Assembly: GCA_964016885.1 (NCBI GenBank) | Contig: OZ024743.1 | Span: 298,654,001-298,718,000 of the forward strand | DNA: 64,000 nt | Source: Eledone cirrhosa | Taxonomy: Eukaryota | Reading direction: 5' to 3' | Shown here: positions 24,460 to 43,115 of the stretch, in pieces | Layout of the letters: each line of letters starts with the position of its first letter | Numbering within the stretch: position 1 is the stretch's first letter | Made by a program: the position numbers and the translations under genes | Notes under the pieces: model-generated | Told to the model about the DNA's origin: nothing | The model's database searches: none | The model's input: the letters and a program-made list of their open reading frames with translations, nothing else

Positions 24460-25202
24460 CGGTTAGCTTTCCTCTTTGTTGTTTACTTGTCTCACTCGCT
24501 TTACGCGTTTTAATTGTCCTAATGACTTAATTAAGTTATTATTGCACCAACGTGAGGTATATGATTTTTAATGCAATGAAATATCTATGATCATTGGCAA
24601 ATCACTCATGAGGGACTCATTTTATAACATGTTATCCATGTGCAACCTGCAGTATTCTTCTCCCCATTTTTTTACATATATTTACCTAAACTGCGATTCT
24701 GTTTCTCTCTCTCTCTCTCTCTCTTACTGCTCCCTCGTTCTCTCTGTTTCTCTTACTTTCTTTCGCCCCCTCTGTCATGTCAGTTAACACTTTCTCTCTA
24801 CTGACCTCTTCCTCACACTTCCACTCACTCACTCACTGTTTCTCCCCTTCTCACTTCATCCCGTTCGCGACGAAAACAATTTCCTTCTTTCTTACATTTG
24901 GATTCATCTCGAAAGGTCTTTTTTCTACGCGCTCATATATTCACCCAGCTTATGCTGACAGAATAACTATGTAGCTTGTGCCCTTCCTATCTACGGTTAG
25001 CTTTCCTCTTTGTTGTTTACTTGTCTCACTCGCTTTACGCGTTTTAATTGTCCTAACTTAATTTAGTTATTACTGCACCAACGTGAGGTATATGATTTTT
25101 AATGCAATGAAATATCTATGATCGTTGGCAAATCACTGATGAGGAACTCATTTTATAACATGTTATCCATGTGCAACCTGCAGTATTCTTCTCCCCATTT
25201 TT

Positions 25203-25203
<1 letters not shown>
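24460..25203. repeat. ~210-bp direct repeat (24460-24670 and 24995-25203)
   Basis: CGGTTAGCTTTCCTCTTTG...TTCTCCCCATTTTT occurs twice with a few differences. Confidence 0.9.
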
Positions 25204-25260
<57 letters not shown>

Positions 25261-25265
<5 letters not shown>

Positions 25266-25687
25266 ATATTAAATAAACGGAAACTATATTTATAAAACCA
25301 TATTTATTCTATTATATATATTTCAAGGGTAGCAAAAACTTTGGTACGCTTTCATCAGATAAAATACAAAGAGTGTTTTATAAATTTTGACATAGCCAAG
25401 GAAAACATACCTTATCAGTTGAATATTCCTTGGTATTCAACTGATAAGGTATGTTTTCCTTGGCTATGTCAAAATTTATAAAACATCTTTGTATTTTATC
25501 TGATTAACGCGTAAACAAAGTTTTTGGTACCCTTGAAATATATATAATAGAATAAATATGGTTTTATAAATATAGTTTCCATTTATTTAATATCATTGAA
25601 TATTTACTCCAGAAACTGTTGAGTGCTCTGAATCAGTTATAAACATTTATATTTGTTGAATTTCCAACAAATTAAATATCCCTTCCA

Positions 25688-25690
<3 letters not shown>
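25261..25690 (+). repeat. ~165-bp-arm foldback (25261-25598) plus tail, in (TA)n; probable Penelope-like remnant
   Basis: CAATGATATTAAATAAA...TTTATTTAATATCATTG near-perfect inverted repeat centred near 25429. Confidence 0.9.
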
Positions 25691-25773
<83 letters not shown>

Positions 25774-26862
25774 GAGGGTATAAGAGAGGGGAAGATGTAG
25801 TGCTATAGATAGTTGGATAAAAAGATTGAGAAAATCAACTCAGCAAAATACACGAAAACAAAAACAAAAGCAAAATCTTTAGAAAATATAACGTAGGTAT
25901 TCTGTAATTTTGAGATGAAGAACCAAAGAGATTTGAGGTTATGAAAAGGCGGAGTAATTAGATGGTGGTGACGGTGCTGGTAGAGTTATGGTGAAAATGT
26001 GGTGGTGATATATATATATATAGTGGTCTGGATGAATTGTTTTATCAATAATAATTTCAAAGCAACTTGAATCAGTCTTAGAAAAATTCCCTCGGCAAAT
26101 GGTGGAAATATTTTACAAAGAAATATTCTTTAAATGCCAAGTTCGGAATGCGTCAATATTACGAATAAATTCAATTGTGGATCAATCTCATGATACCGAA
26201 CGAAGAACGGCTACTGGTTTGTGTGTAGAATAGACTGAGATCTTATTATAACTTTGCTTTTGTAATTCATTAATACACTTTTCATTACGATCAAATCATC
26301 TTAGGTGGCATGAGTAATAGTAACAAGGGAATTGTCGGTTCATTATGATTGGAGACGAACAATGAATAATGATAATATTTATAATGATGATGATGATGGT
26401 GATAATGATATTTATAACGGTGATGATGGTGAAAATAATAATATTTATAATGATGATGATGATGATTATAGTCACACCAACACCACCACCATTGCCACCA
26501 CCACCACTACCAACGCCGCCACCACCAATACCACCATCACCCCCAACAACAAACAATAATAATAATAATAATTGAATAATAGCAAGATAAATAAAATACA
26601 AAAATAAAAAGTAGAAAGAAAATATTCCTCGTGGGAATACAATAAATGTTTGAATATGTTGTGATGTAACATAAATATTTAGATATGTTCAAAATTGAAA
26701 TGTGAAAAAATATGTGGCGGGAAATTGATGTAAGAGCTAATGTTAATTTTGTCGTAAAACAGGCAAAACAAGTAATAATTATGAAAGAATATTTATTTAT
26801 TACACACGTGCATACGCACGCACACATGGACATAAATACATATATATATATAAATAGACAAG

Positions 26863-26904
<42 letters not shown>

Positions 26905-26920
26905 TAAATATGTATGTATG

Positions 26921-26960
<40 letters not shown>

Positions 26961-28563
26961 ATGTGTGTGTGTGTGTATATATATACAAGCACGCGGATCC
27001 ACACATACGTGAATCCCACATAGGTGTGTATCTCTGAATTTAAACGCACACACACATATATATGCAAACATATATTTGTATTTGTATATTAAAATATTGT
27101 TAACATCATCTATATTTATATTAAAAGCATCTAGGAATATCTTACTGAAAATACTCCTCTATAGAACTGCGCATGTAAGCTGACTGCACAATTATGTGAA
27201 TGTATGTAATAATATTATATACAATCTTGTTAAAAATGTAAGATATCTCAAGAGATCTTCTTTAATTATACAATGCTGTTAACAAATGAAAGTGATTCAC
27301 TTAAAAATTTGTGTTAGCATAGTATTTATGGAAATAACTATGTTGAATAATCTTTTCTTTGACATTGCAGTCGTCGAAATTATTTTTAGCAGAATCCAAA
27401 TATAGAGAAGTTTTTATGTGGATATGATGTTGAAAAGATCAAGACACTAATAGGAAACTATACAACAATTCAGAAAGAAAATGTCTTGAATCATAAATTT
27501 AATATATTTAGACCTTCTTTCATTCATACTGCCATCTCTTTGCCGATATGGTTATGGATAAAGCATAGTAAAGAACGGTGTGCACGCCTAATTACTTTAA
27601 TAATCAGAGTAACCACAACTAGATTGCGACATGGATGTTTGTGAATTCGTCGTTACAAACATAGATTGTATGTATGATACACGTGTGTTTATGCATGCAT
27701 CACAATGCACACAGAAGACATTTTTCACTTTACTTATATATGAGCATATATTTGAGAATATTTTCTTGAGAGACGACTTAAATGTGAGTATACGTGCATT
27801 TGCTAGTGTATTTGTGTGTGTGCGAAAGCTTCGTCATTGAAAAGATAATGATAAAATATGCACACACACTCAAAACACAAAATGAGAGAATAACAAAATA
27901 ATTCTTTCTGCACAATAAATATCTAACATGTAAATTGTTAAAGTGGAAGTAGAGAAAGATAGACGTTAGCACTGGTGCAAAGTTCAGCAAAAAAAAATTA
28001 AGGTAGCATGAACCATTTGCAAGATAATCAGTTTTTTAAACATAAACTTCGAAACATGTAATGATACAAATACAAAAATGCAATATATATTTGAAATATG
28101 AATCCATACGATGGATGCTTCGTCGGTTTCGTCATTGAGCACTCATCAGTTTGATCAAGTGAAAGTTCGGCTCGTTAAATTAAGATGTAGATAACTAAGT
28201 ATTTCTTAGACAAGCATATACACTTAATTTAATTGCCAAGACGAATTAGAGCGTCACAATATGTGACAGGCTAGACGTTTAACCATTTCACCCACAATAC
28301 TTGGATCAATCCGAGGTTATGATGTGGACAGTTGCCCAAAATGTCATGCAATGCGATCGAACTCGGAACTGAATAATTGAGAAGCACCAATTAACCACCA
28401 ATTCTACATTAAATTCATCCATATAGCTATCTGTAATTAACTAAGCGAGTGTATCGATCTATAGATGTAAAATAAGATTTATCAGAGGTCAGCATTGGAG
28501 AAACATTGACGTTAACAATCGAGTCTATATTAATAATTAATAATTAAAAATAATGCCGTGCGT

Positions 28564-28604
<41 letters not shown>

Positions 28605-29459
28605 CAGTTAGCTCACTGCAGAAATGTTTATAAAAAGAAAAACGACTTGAAGTTGCCAACAAACAATGCGTGTTGGCTACCAGCGCCATCTGCAATACGA
28701 ACATGAACCTACGGATTTTACGTAGCATATTGTATCCAACGTAACAAATATGGTGAGTTTTACAACGGCAGTGTGAACCGACCTCTACAAATCCGTGTCA
28801 TAGAACACATCCTTTCACACTCACCCTTTTACTAGAAACACAACAAAATGTGTAACGGCACAAATGTCATCACAGTTAACATGGAATGGACGGGTCAAAA
28901 TACCAGCAATTTCCAAATCAAGAAATCCATTTTAGTAGGCAAACATAAATACAAATTGAACAATAAACAATCCTATCCTCGGTCATCCAGTAGACACTCC
29001 ACTGGTTCTACATGTCACTTCCATTCGCCTCGGTCATTCCTTATGGCCTTGAGCTGCTCTACTGTCTCCATCCGTGTCTTCTAGCAGAGGGTCCATGTAA
29101 GTGATTTTTCTCTTTTCTCTACAGTTTTATCCTTCAGTAGGTTACCAGAGCACTATTGTTGTTAGTGCTCTGGCAAAAATAGACTAAACTCAACACCCAG
29201 TGGTTATTATAGAAAGACGTATTACCACGCTTCATTAACATGTCCAGAATAGTTAAAATCATAGGTTGGTGGTTATAATAGAAAGATGATTAACCCCGAT
29301 CTTTCTGTCTCTCCCTACTACTAAATAACATAAACACCAAACAGTCACTACAGAATGATAATTCCTATTCCTCTCACATCCTCACTCTCTCCAACCCTCC
29401 CTGTCTCTACGAGCCACTTCACTCATTCAGAGGTTCATATTACTACTAGAGTAAGTGGT

Positions 29460-29795
29460 AAAGGCCCGCCCTTCTTGGGTCACTAATGACCATGGGATTT
29501 TCACTTAGAAAGTTTCCCTACTGAGGCACATGTCCATGCGAGGTGTTTTTGTGGAAAACCAGCAGTCGAGCAGGCATACCAGTCTCCCCTATCCACGCCA
29601 CTGATTTTGTCCAAAAGAAAGGCAAAGGTCAAAAAGCTTGGTACCAGTGATGTCATAACTCATTTCTACAGCTGGAGCAAGGTGAAATATAGTGTCTTGC
29701 TCAAGGACACAGCACAACACAGCCTGGTCCGGAAATCGAACTCACAAGCTCACGATTGTTACCCCAAAGCTTGAACTACTAAGCCATGCGCCTTC
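29460..29795 (-). mobile_element. tRNA-derived CORE-type SINE
   Basis: Minus strand GAAGGCGCATGGCTTAGTAG...GAGTTCGATTTCC...TGTGTCCTTGAGCAAGACAC. Confidence 0.8.
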
Positions 29796-29799
29796 ACCA

Positions 29800-29859
<60 letters not shown>

Positions 29860-30040
29860 ACTTTATCAATTCACTCTTATCACCCCAAAGAAAAATAATA
29901 TGCGTTCACCAATTCAACCACAACAATACTACTGCTTCATTCCACCAACTCACTATTACTATCACAAAAAAAACAACAAAAAACAAAAAAAAAACAATTT
30001 CATCATTTCACACACAGTACTACAAAGAACAATAAATAAT

Positions 30041-30229
30041 TGTTTCTACTTTAGGCACAAGGCCAGCAATAACCCAGTGTATTACTGGTACTTTATTTTA
30101 TCGACCCCGTAAGGATGAAAGGCATAGTCAATCTCGGCGGGATTTGAACTCAGATCGTAAAGGGACGTAACTATGCTGGAAAGCATGGCGTCCGACCCTC
30201 TACCGATACTGCCAATCTACCGCCAATCC
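30041..30229 (-). mobile_element. Meta-type SINE with 19-bp TSD
   Basis: ACAAAGAACAA(T/G)AAATAAT at 30022-30040 and 30230-30248. Confidence 0.9.
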
Positions 30230-30529
30230 ACAAAGAACAAGAAATAATGCCACGTGATTACTTCATCAATTCGTGAGATGAAAAAACCACACTGTCAACG
30301 TCAGAAATGCAAGCATAAGAACAGCGGGTAATTCGGGTCAACTTAGTTTCTTTATCTTTTCTTTTAACAGAAAATTTTTATCCTGAAATATTCCGGACTA
30401 ATTAAACACCTAAATGGCAACATTCCAGCAACTTGGTTATCGTTATATGTTTATCATTTAATGTCATATTTGAATTGCTGTGCCCTCTAAAAGACACTGT
30501 TCTCTCTCTCTTTGTCGCTCTTTCTGTAT

Positions 30530-31057
<528 letters not shown>

Positions 31058-31140
31058 AGATAGATAGATATATACATATATATATATAATACAGAAAGAG
31101 CGACAGAGAGAGAGAGAGAACAGTGTCTTTTATATATATG

Positions 31141-34715
<3,575 letters not shown>

Positions 34716-34809
34716 CTTAAAGATCCCAATTGCATTTTCAACTTTTTCCCTATATTTTTATCCGTGTGGGATATATTAAATAAACATTACTTTCGCATAT
34801 AATTACATA

Positions 34810-35095
34810 GGCGCATAGTGTAGAGCGTTGGGCTTACAATAATCAGGTTGTGAGTTCGATTCCAGGACTGAGTGATGAGCTGTGTCTGTGACCAATACAC
34901 TTTATTTCCCTTTTATTCACTCAGCTGTAGAAATGAGTTGCGACGTCACTGGTACGAAACTGTATCGGCCATTGCCTTTCCTTCTCATAACATCGGTCGC
35001 GTGGAGAGAGGAGTTGTTGGTCTTCCATAAACAACCCTATTTGGACTCGTGCCTCGAAGGGGAAACTTTCCCGGTGCAAATCTCATGGTCAAAAC
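34810..35095 (+). mobile_element. tRNA-derived CORE-type SINE
   Basis: GTGAGTTCGATTCC B-box. The body is shared with the 19900 and 29460 copies. Confidence 0.75.
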
Positions 35096-35151
35096 AATAT
35101 ATACATATATTTGAAAAAAAGGAAAAAGAATGACTTCACTTGTAGTGTTAA

Positions 35152-35238
35152 CAATTACCCAGTGCATTACTGATAAAATAAAGTACCAGTAATGCACTGG
35201 GTAATTTGCTGGCCTTGTGCCAAAAGTAGAAACAATTA
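35152..35238 (+). mobile_element. 5'-truncated Meta-type SINE with a short inverted 5' duplication
   Basis: CAATTACCCAGTGCATTACTG is the reverse complement of the SINE segment that follows it. The tail is GGCCTTGTGCCAAAAGTAGAAACAATTAT. Confidence 0.75.
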
Positions 35239-35380
35239 TAATATTCTACCAACTCATAATATTATAATATTATAAAATTAAATCAAAACTTTTTTAACAC
35301 TACAAATGAAGTCATTCTTTTTCCTTTTTTTCAAATACACCTAACTGCACCAAGGATCTCACACATTTTCCAATATATAT

Positions 35381-35675
35381 CAGATGGTGGATGGGTGCTA
35401 CACGAGAATGCTGAGGATGGCTCTGAACATTAATCAGTATACACTGAGGATGAAAAACTCAGAGCTGTATGGGAGCATCCCAAAAGTCAGCTCAAAAGTG
35501 ACAGAGGAGACTGAGGTTAGCTGGACATGCTCACCGACATCCAGAGTTGACATTGCACTCAGTACTCCTTTGGGAGCCCCTACATGGACACACTAGAAGA
35601 GGAAGACCAAGGTTAACGTATGTTGATGCCCTAAGGACAGACACTGGTCTGTTGGAGATGCAGGACATGGCAGCG
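35381..35675 (+). mobile_element. RTE-group LINE fragment, collinear form
   Basis: Near-identical to both halves of 30641-31057. Confidence 0.85.
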
Positions 35676-35764
35676 ATATATATATATCTATATATATATA
35701 TCTATATATATATCTATATATATATATCTATATATATATCTATATCTATATCTATATCTATCTA

Positions 35765-35830
<66 letters not shown>

Positions 35831-35833
<3 letters not shown>

Positions 35834-36041
35834 GGTGGGCCAAAGGTCACACAGTAGTCGCAACTGTTTATAATTTTTTATTTAATTTTTCATAAGTAAT
35901 GTAGAAGGGTGACAAGAATTGGCGAGTGCAAAACAATTTCTATTATGTCCTTTAAGTTGTATCAAAATTTCATACATCAATCTATACAATTCAGGAAGTT
36001 AATAAAAAGTAAAACCCCTGTGTGGCTTTTGGGCCACTCTG
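35831..36041. mobile_element. Tc1/mariner-type MITE
   Basis: 24-bp imperfect TIRs (CAGGGTGGGCCAAAGGTCACACAG and reverse-complement CAGAGTGGCCCAAAAGCCACACAG) with TA on both sides. Confidence 0.8.
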
Positions 36042-36501
36042 TATATATGAGGGCTGTCTACATACAATACATGATCTTTTTAGAGAGTCCCCAAGTCAAA
36101 TTTTTCAATTTTCACTTCTATATTTTTCAACTTACTATTTTATTTTACCTATCGTCTACGATAAGTATGAGTTCTACATAACCCTGTTTTGTAATTCTAA
36201 TTTCACGGAATTCAAATTTGCAGCATATCTTCCAGTACGGCCTCCTGTTGTGGTAATCTACACACACACACACACACACACACATACATATATATCTATA
36301 TATATATCTATATATATATGACTAAAATCCGAAGAGGGCTCGATAAGGATTATATATATATATGTATAATATTTATATATATAAACCCGTAGAGCAAATA
36401 TTTATTATAAGAACAGATTAAAGTTTAAGCAAAGAATAGCTGCTTTCACCCTTAACGGGATCTGCAGAAGATCCCGTTATATAAATATATATAAATATAT
36501 A

Positions 36502-36561
<60 letters not shown>

Positions 36562-37330
36562 AGGGTTGACGGACCCAGCATATTTATCAATGCCAGTACC
36601 GGTTGTATCTCAGCGCACTCAATGGGCAATGTAAGATACATTACCAGAGTATACACATAGTTATTTGCCTCAACACAACACACGTAAATCGGGTGCCTAT
36701 AAGGTTCCCGGACTCGAGTTTCTGCAGCACTAATGCAGCAGTAAGGTGCACTGCACCATCTGTCTGCATATATTATGCAACAATGCACAATCGGCTTATG
36801 CTGCTTCATCAGCGGGTATCGCCTAATCAATAACCAATCAATCGACATAATCCAATATATATATATAGTATTGTACACAAACGCACACACACACAAACAC
36901 ACAGACACATATATTAGAGATATAAAGTTAGAGATATAAAGAGGGTTAAATGTTTTAGCTATAATAAGGTACGTTTCTTGTTGAGTTGAGAGTGATACGA
37001 ACATTCAAACCATCGACTAAGTTTTCTTCCCAATTCATCGAATTACGTCAATTCTTACAACTTGATTTCTGTGCTCTGAAAGTTTGCCTTAGCTGTAACA
37101 GAATATTTGGAAACGAATAACAACAACAACAAAAGTTATGTTTAGTCAGCATCGCTAAATAACTTTCAGAAAATAATGGAAAAAAAGAGGATGAGGTGAG
37201 AAACAATGCGATTAGTTTCATTTCGAAAAGTTAATGTAGAACGATGTGAATAACACAATGTGGTGAGGTAGATTTTTTTTTTTGTTCTGGCACTCTTTAG
37301 AGTCAGTGAGTGTGATATTCATATATTTGA

Positions 37331-37409
<79 letters not shown>

Positions 37410-38047
37410 GTGAGTGTATGTATGTATGTGTGTATATATTAATGGATGTATGCATGTATGTATGTATGCGTGTATGTATATATGTATATATGTATATAGG
37501 TATATATGTATGTATGTATAGTATCTTAATTTATGTATGTTTGTATCAATGTATATAGTTTTGTATGGATGTATGTATGCATTTAAGTGCGTATGTATGT
37601 GCTGTCTCTCAGGCCCGTCGAACATTGTGTGTCAACAATGTATGTATGTATGTATGTATGTATGTATGTATGTATGTATGTATGTATGTATGTATGTATG
37701 TATGTATGTATATATGTGTGTATGATTTCATGTATGTATGTACGTATGTATGTATTTAAATGCATATGAATGTATGTGTGTATGTATGTGTGAATGCATA
37801 TATGTATGTAAGTAGGATTTTTTGTATGCATGTTTTGGTTTTATTATATTATACATTTTCACCAATAAAGAAGAGAGAGAGATAGAGTGAGAGAGATAGA
37901 GAGAGAGAGAGTGAGAGAGAGATAGTGAGAGAGAGAGGGTGAGAGAGAGAGTGGAAGAGAGAGAGAGAGAGCGAGATGGTTCCCAACATAGAGACAAGGC
38001 ACTTTCATTGGAATTTAGACATCAACTATGTAAATACGTTGTATATC

Positions 38048-38126
<79 letters not shown>

Positions 38127-38350
38127 GTATGGGTATTATTGCATGTGTACACGTGCATATGTTTCTGCATCTACACATGTGTTTATTCAGTTATTACTGC
38201 ATATACACATGATGAGTATGTTCGTATGTATGTATTCAGGTGTGTATATGAATGTATATGTGTGTGTAAGTATGTGCTTACGAATGTATGTATACGTGTG
38301 TGTATGTATGTATGCACACACACAGACACATATATATATATATATGCATG

Positions 38351-38457
<107 letters not shown>

Positions 38458-38462
38458 GTGTG

Positions 38463-38501
<39 letters not shown>

Positions 38502-38505
38502 GTGT

Positions 38506-38613
<108 letters not shown>

Positions 38614-38960
38614 TGAGTGAGACAGACGGACAGAGAAAGTGGGAGGAAGGAGAGAATGAGTGAGTGTACAGTACAGAAATAAAGTGTGGCAGAAAAACCG
38701 TAAAGGAAAAGCAATGAAAATACTCGAACATACATCTACACACACACACATACACATATACATACACAGAGACGCACATATACAGACATAACCACATTAT
38801 GAAAGAAGAGGAGAATAAAGAGAAGCATGAATGCGATGCATACTGAAATAAGGATATACTCTAACAAAGGGATGTTAGGAAAGAGATGAATACAACCATA
38901 CGAATCTCGTATACTCATAAATGATGTTATGGACGAGCAAAATACGTGTGCATTTATACC

Positions 38961-40625
38961 TGTATGTGTACATGTGTCTATCTGTGTGGTTATGTGTGTG
39001 TATAAATATGACTGTATGTGTGTATGTGTGTATGTGTACATGTGTCTATCTGTGTGGATATGTGTGTGTATAAATATGACTGTATGTGTGTATGTGTGTA
39101 TGTGTACATGTGTCTATCTATGTGGATATGTGTGTGTATAAATATGATTGTATGTGTGTATGTGTGTATGTGTACATGTGTCTATCTGTGTGGATATGTG
39201 TGTGTATAAATATGACTGTATGCGAGTATGTGTGTATGTGTTCATGTGTCTATCTGTGTGGATATGTGTGTGTATAAATATGACTGTACGTGTGTATGTG
39301 TGTATGTGTTCATGTGTCTATCTGTGTAGATATGTGTGTGTATAAATATGACTGTATGTGTGTATATGTGTATGTGTACATGTGTCTATCTGTGTGGATA
39401 TGTGTGTGTATAAATATGACTGTATGTGTGTATGTGTGTATGTGTGTATGTGTACATATGTCTATCTGTGTGGATATGTGTGTGTATAAATATGACTGTA
39501 TGTGTGTATGTGTGTATGTGTCTATGTGTTCATGTGTCTATCTGTGTGGATATGTGTGTGTATAAATATGACTGTATGTGTGTATGTGTGTATGTGTGTA
39601 TGTGTGTATGTGTTCATGTGTCTATCTGTGTGGATATGTGTGTGTATAAATATGACTGTACGTGTGTATGTGTGTATGTGTTCATGTGTCTATCTGTGTA
39701 GATATGTGTGTGTATAAATATGACTGTATGTGTGTATATGTGTATGTGTACATGTGTCTATCTGTGTGGATATGTGTGTGTATAAATATGATTGTATGTG
39801 TGTATGTGTGTATGCGTACATGTGTCTATCTGTGTGGATATGTGTGTGTATAAATATGACTGTATGTGTGTATGTGTGTATGTGTACATGTGTCTATCTA
39901 TGTGGATATGTGTGTGTATAAATATGATTGTATGTGTGTATGTGTGTATGCGTACATGTGTCTATCTGTGTGGATATGTGTGTGTATAAATATGACTGTA
40001 TGTGTGTATGTGTGTATGTGTACATGTGTCTATCTGTGTGGATATGTGTGTGTATAAATATGACTGTATGTGTGTATGTGTGTATGTGTACATGTGTCTA
40101 TCTGTGTGGATATGTCTGTGTATAAATATGACTGTATGTGTGTATGTGTGTATGTGTACATGTGTCTATCGGTGTGGATATGAGTGTGTATAAATATGAC
40201 TGTATGCGTGTATGTGTGTATGTGTACATGTGTCTATCGGTTGGATATGTGTGTGTATAAATATGACTGTATGCGTGTATGTGTGTATGTGTACATGTGT
40301 CTATCTGTGTGGATATGTGTGTGTATAAATATGACTGTATGTGTGTATGTGTGTATGTGTACATGTGTCTATCGGTTGGATATGTGTGTGTATAAATATG
40401 ACTGTATGCGTGTATGTGTGTATGTGTACATGTGTCTATCGGTGTGGATATGTGTGTGTATAAATATGACTGTATGCGTGTATGTGTGTATGTGTACATG
40501 TGTCTATCGGTGTGGATATGTGTGTGTATAAATATGACTGTATGCGTGTCTGTGTGTATGTGTACATGTGTCTATCTGTGTGGATATGTGTGTGTATAAA
40601 TATGACTGTATGTGTGTATGTGTGT
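38961..40625. repeat. 68-bp minisatellite, roughly 24 units
   Basis: TATAAATATG recurs at 39001, 39069, 39137 and 39205. The unit is built from TATGTGTG-like 8-mers. Confidence 0.95.
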
Positions 40626-40743
40626 CTGTAGTATGCATATCTGTCAGTTATTCATGTGTACTGACAGCAAGAGGAATACAGAACCAGAAATAGAGAGGCT
40701 TAGAGAGACGAAAGGCGAAAAGCGACAGATACAGAGAGACAGT

Positions 40744-40902
<159 letters not shown>

Positions 40903-40996
40903 ATATATATAGTATGCAGTGACGGGACCGGGGTGCACACAAATCAGACTAGTACTCAATGCTTGAGAAGGAGCAGAGTGGATTTATACGTTCCTT

Positions 40997-41029
<33 letters not shown>

Positions 41030-41142
41030 GTATGTATATATATATATGTATGTATATATATATATATAATAAAGACATCGAGCTAACCTTATACTGCCTG
41101 CTGGATAAGTGGAGTGTTATACACCCCTGATCCTCTCCCTAG

Positions 41143-41197
<55 letters not shown>

Positions 41198-41212
41198 GTA
41201 TATATGTATATA

Positions 41213-41255
<43 letters not shown>

Positions 41256-41304
41256 CTTTATATATATATGTTTGTATATATGTACATATATATATATATA
41301 CATT

Positions 41305-41362
41305 TTGGATCATTGGCTGGGCTAAAAAGCCACATTCGATCGCAGCACTGTTAGTTGCTATC

Positions 41363-41394
<32 letters not shown>

Positions 41395-41479
41395 GGATAT
41401 GCTTATGTGCGTGCGTGTGTGTGTATATATATATGAATATGTATATTATTATTGTTGTTGTCGTTATTATTATTATTGC

Positions 41480-41528
<49 letters not shown>

Positions 41529-41591
41529 TTTTTTTTTTTTTTTTTTTTTTTATTGTGCAATGGCCATACTCGATAACGAGGGGGCAGCCAT

Positions 41592-41597
<6 letters not shown>
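41305..41597 (+). mobile_element. RTE LINE extreme 3' end interrupted by microsatellites
   Basis: [14 protein letters not shown] (C-terminal zinc-finger half typical of RTE) and terminus GAGGGGGCAGCCATCATCAT. Confidence 0.6.
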
Positions 41598-41645
<48 letters not shown>

Positions 41646-41895
41646 GTATATATATGTATATATATATGTACACATATATATACATATATACATTTATATA
41701 AATATATATATGTATATATAAATATACATGTATATATACCTATATATATCTATATATATACACACACATATATACATATATATATGTATATATATATATA
41801 CATATGTACATATACACACACACACATATATATGTATATATATATACATATATACACGTACTCTCTCCGTATATATATACATACATATATATATA

Positions 41896-41971
<76 letters not shown>

Positions 41972-42135
41972 TATATATATGCTTCTGTGAGTGTGCGTAT
42001 GGTTAGATAAAATAAGCGAAAGAATCAGATAATGAGAAAGCACCAGATATGCAAAGGACGAAAGGATATGATTTGCCTTTATTACACATGTTTTTTTCGA
42101 AATTTTGGCTGTGTTTAATCTTCTGTAAAGAAATG

Positions 42136-42199
<64 letters not shown>

Positions 42200-42254
42200 A
42201 TATTTGCATTGCTTCATTGTGTTACAATAAAACTCACCTCCTACATATATATAT

Positions 42255-42286
<32 letters not shown>

Positions 42287-42528
42287 AAATACTCAATAAA
42301 TATATATATACATATATAAATATATATATACATATATAAATATATATATATACATATATAAATATATATATATACATATATAAATATATAAATACACAAT
42401 AACAAAACTAAATACATGTAAACGAAATTTCATCGTTTTCCTTACCACACACACACTCACACACACACACACACATATATATATCACAAAAATTACTATC
42501 ACCATGATTGTAGTTGTTGTTGTTGTTT

Positions 42529-42564
<36 letters not shown>

Positions 42565-43058
42565 TTATTATTATCATCACTGTTATTTCGATTTCGGATA
42601 GGCTATATTATTATATATTATTTTCAAATTTCTTTTTTCTTCCTTCTCTCCATTTTGTTTTTTATATATCCATGAAATTAATTTGTTCTGTTATCAGTAC
42701 TTTCAGAGCGATGATGTTTAACAAATATTTATAAACTACTCTCCAGAATTCCATACCCAGGAGTTATTTGCTGATTTTTGTTGTTGTAGAAATTGATTTA
42801 GTATTTGTACAAAAGGAAACATTTCATTTGCTATGTTTTCCTTCCCATTTATATTTGACTACCTCTTCTATTTATTTAGCAGACATCTTTTGTTACCGTT
42901 TTCACTGTTTTATCTTTTTACAGATATTTATCTTCCATCCCACAGTTTATTAAAAAAAATATTTTTTACTCATCTCACGCTCCTTCACCTTTTTCTCACA
43001 CTCTATTTAGTTGTACGTTCGTGTATTCCGCGTTTGTGTATGCCCGTATATATAAGTG

Positions 43059-43115
<57 letters not shown>

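Noticed and set aside
28118-28155. CTGATGA...GAAAC on the minus strand
   Set aside because: There is no stem I complement or NUH site. It is at best a decayed remnant.
38961-40625. Regularly spaced repeat resembling a CRISPR array
   Set aside because: There are no unique spacers and no cas genes, and the context is eukaryotic. It is a minisatellite.
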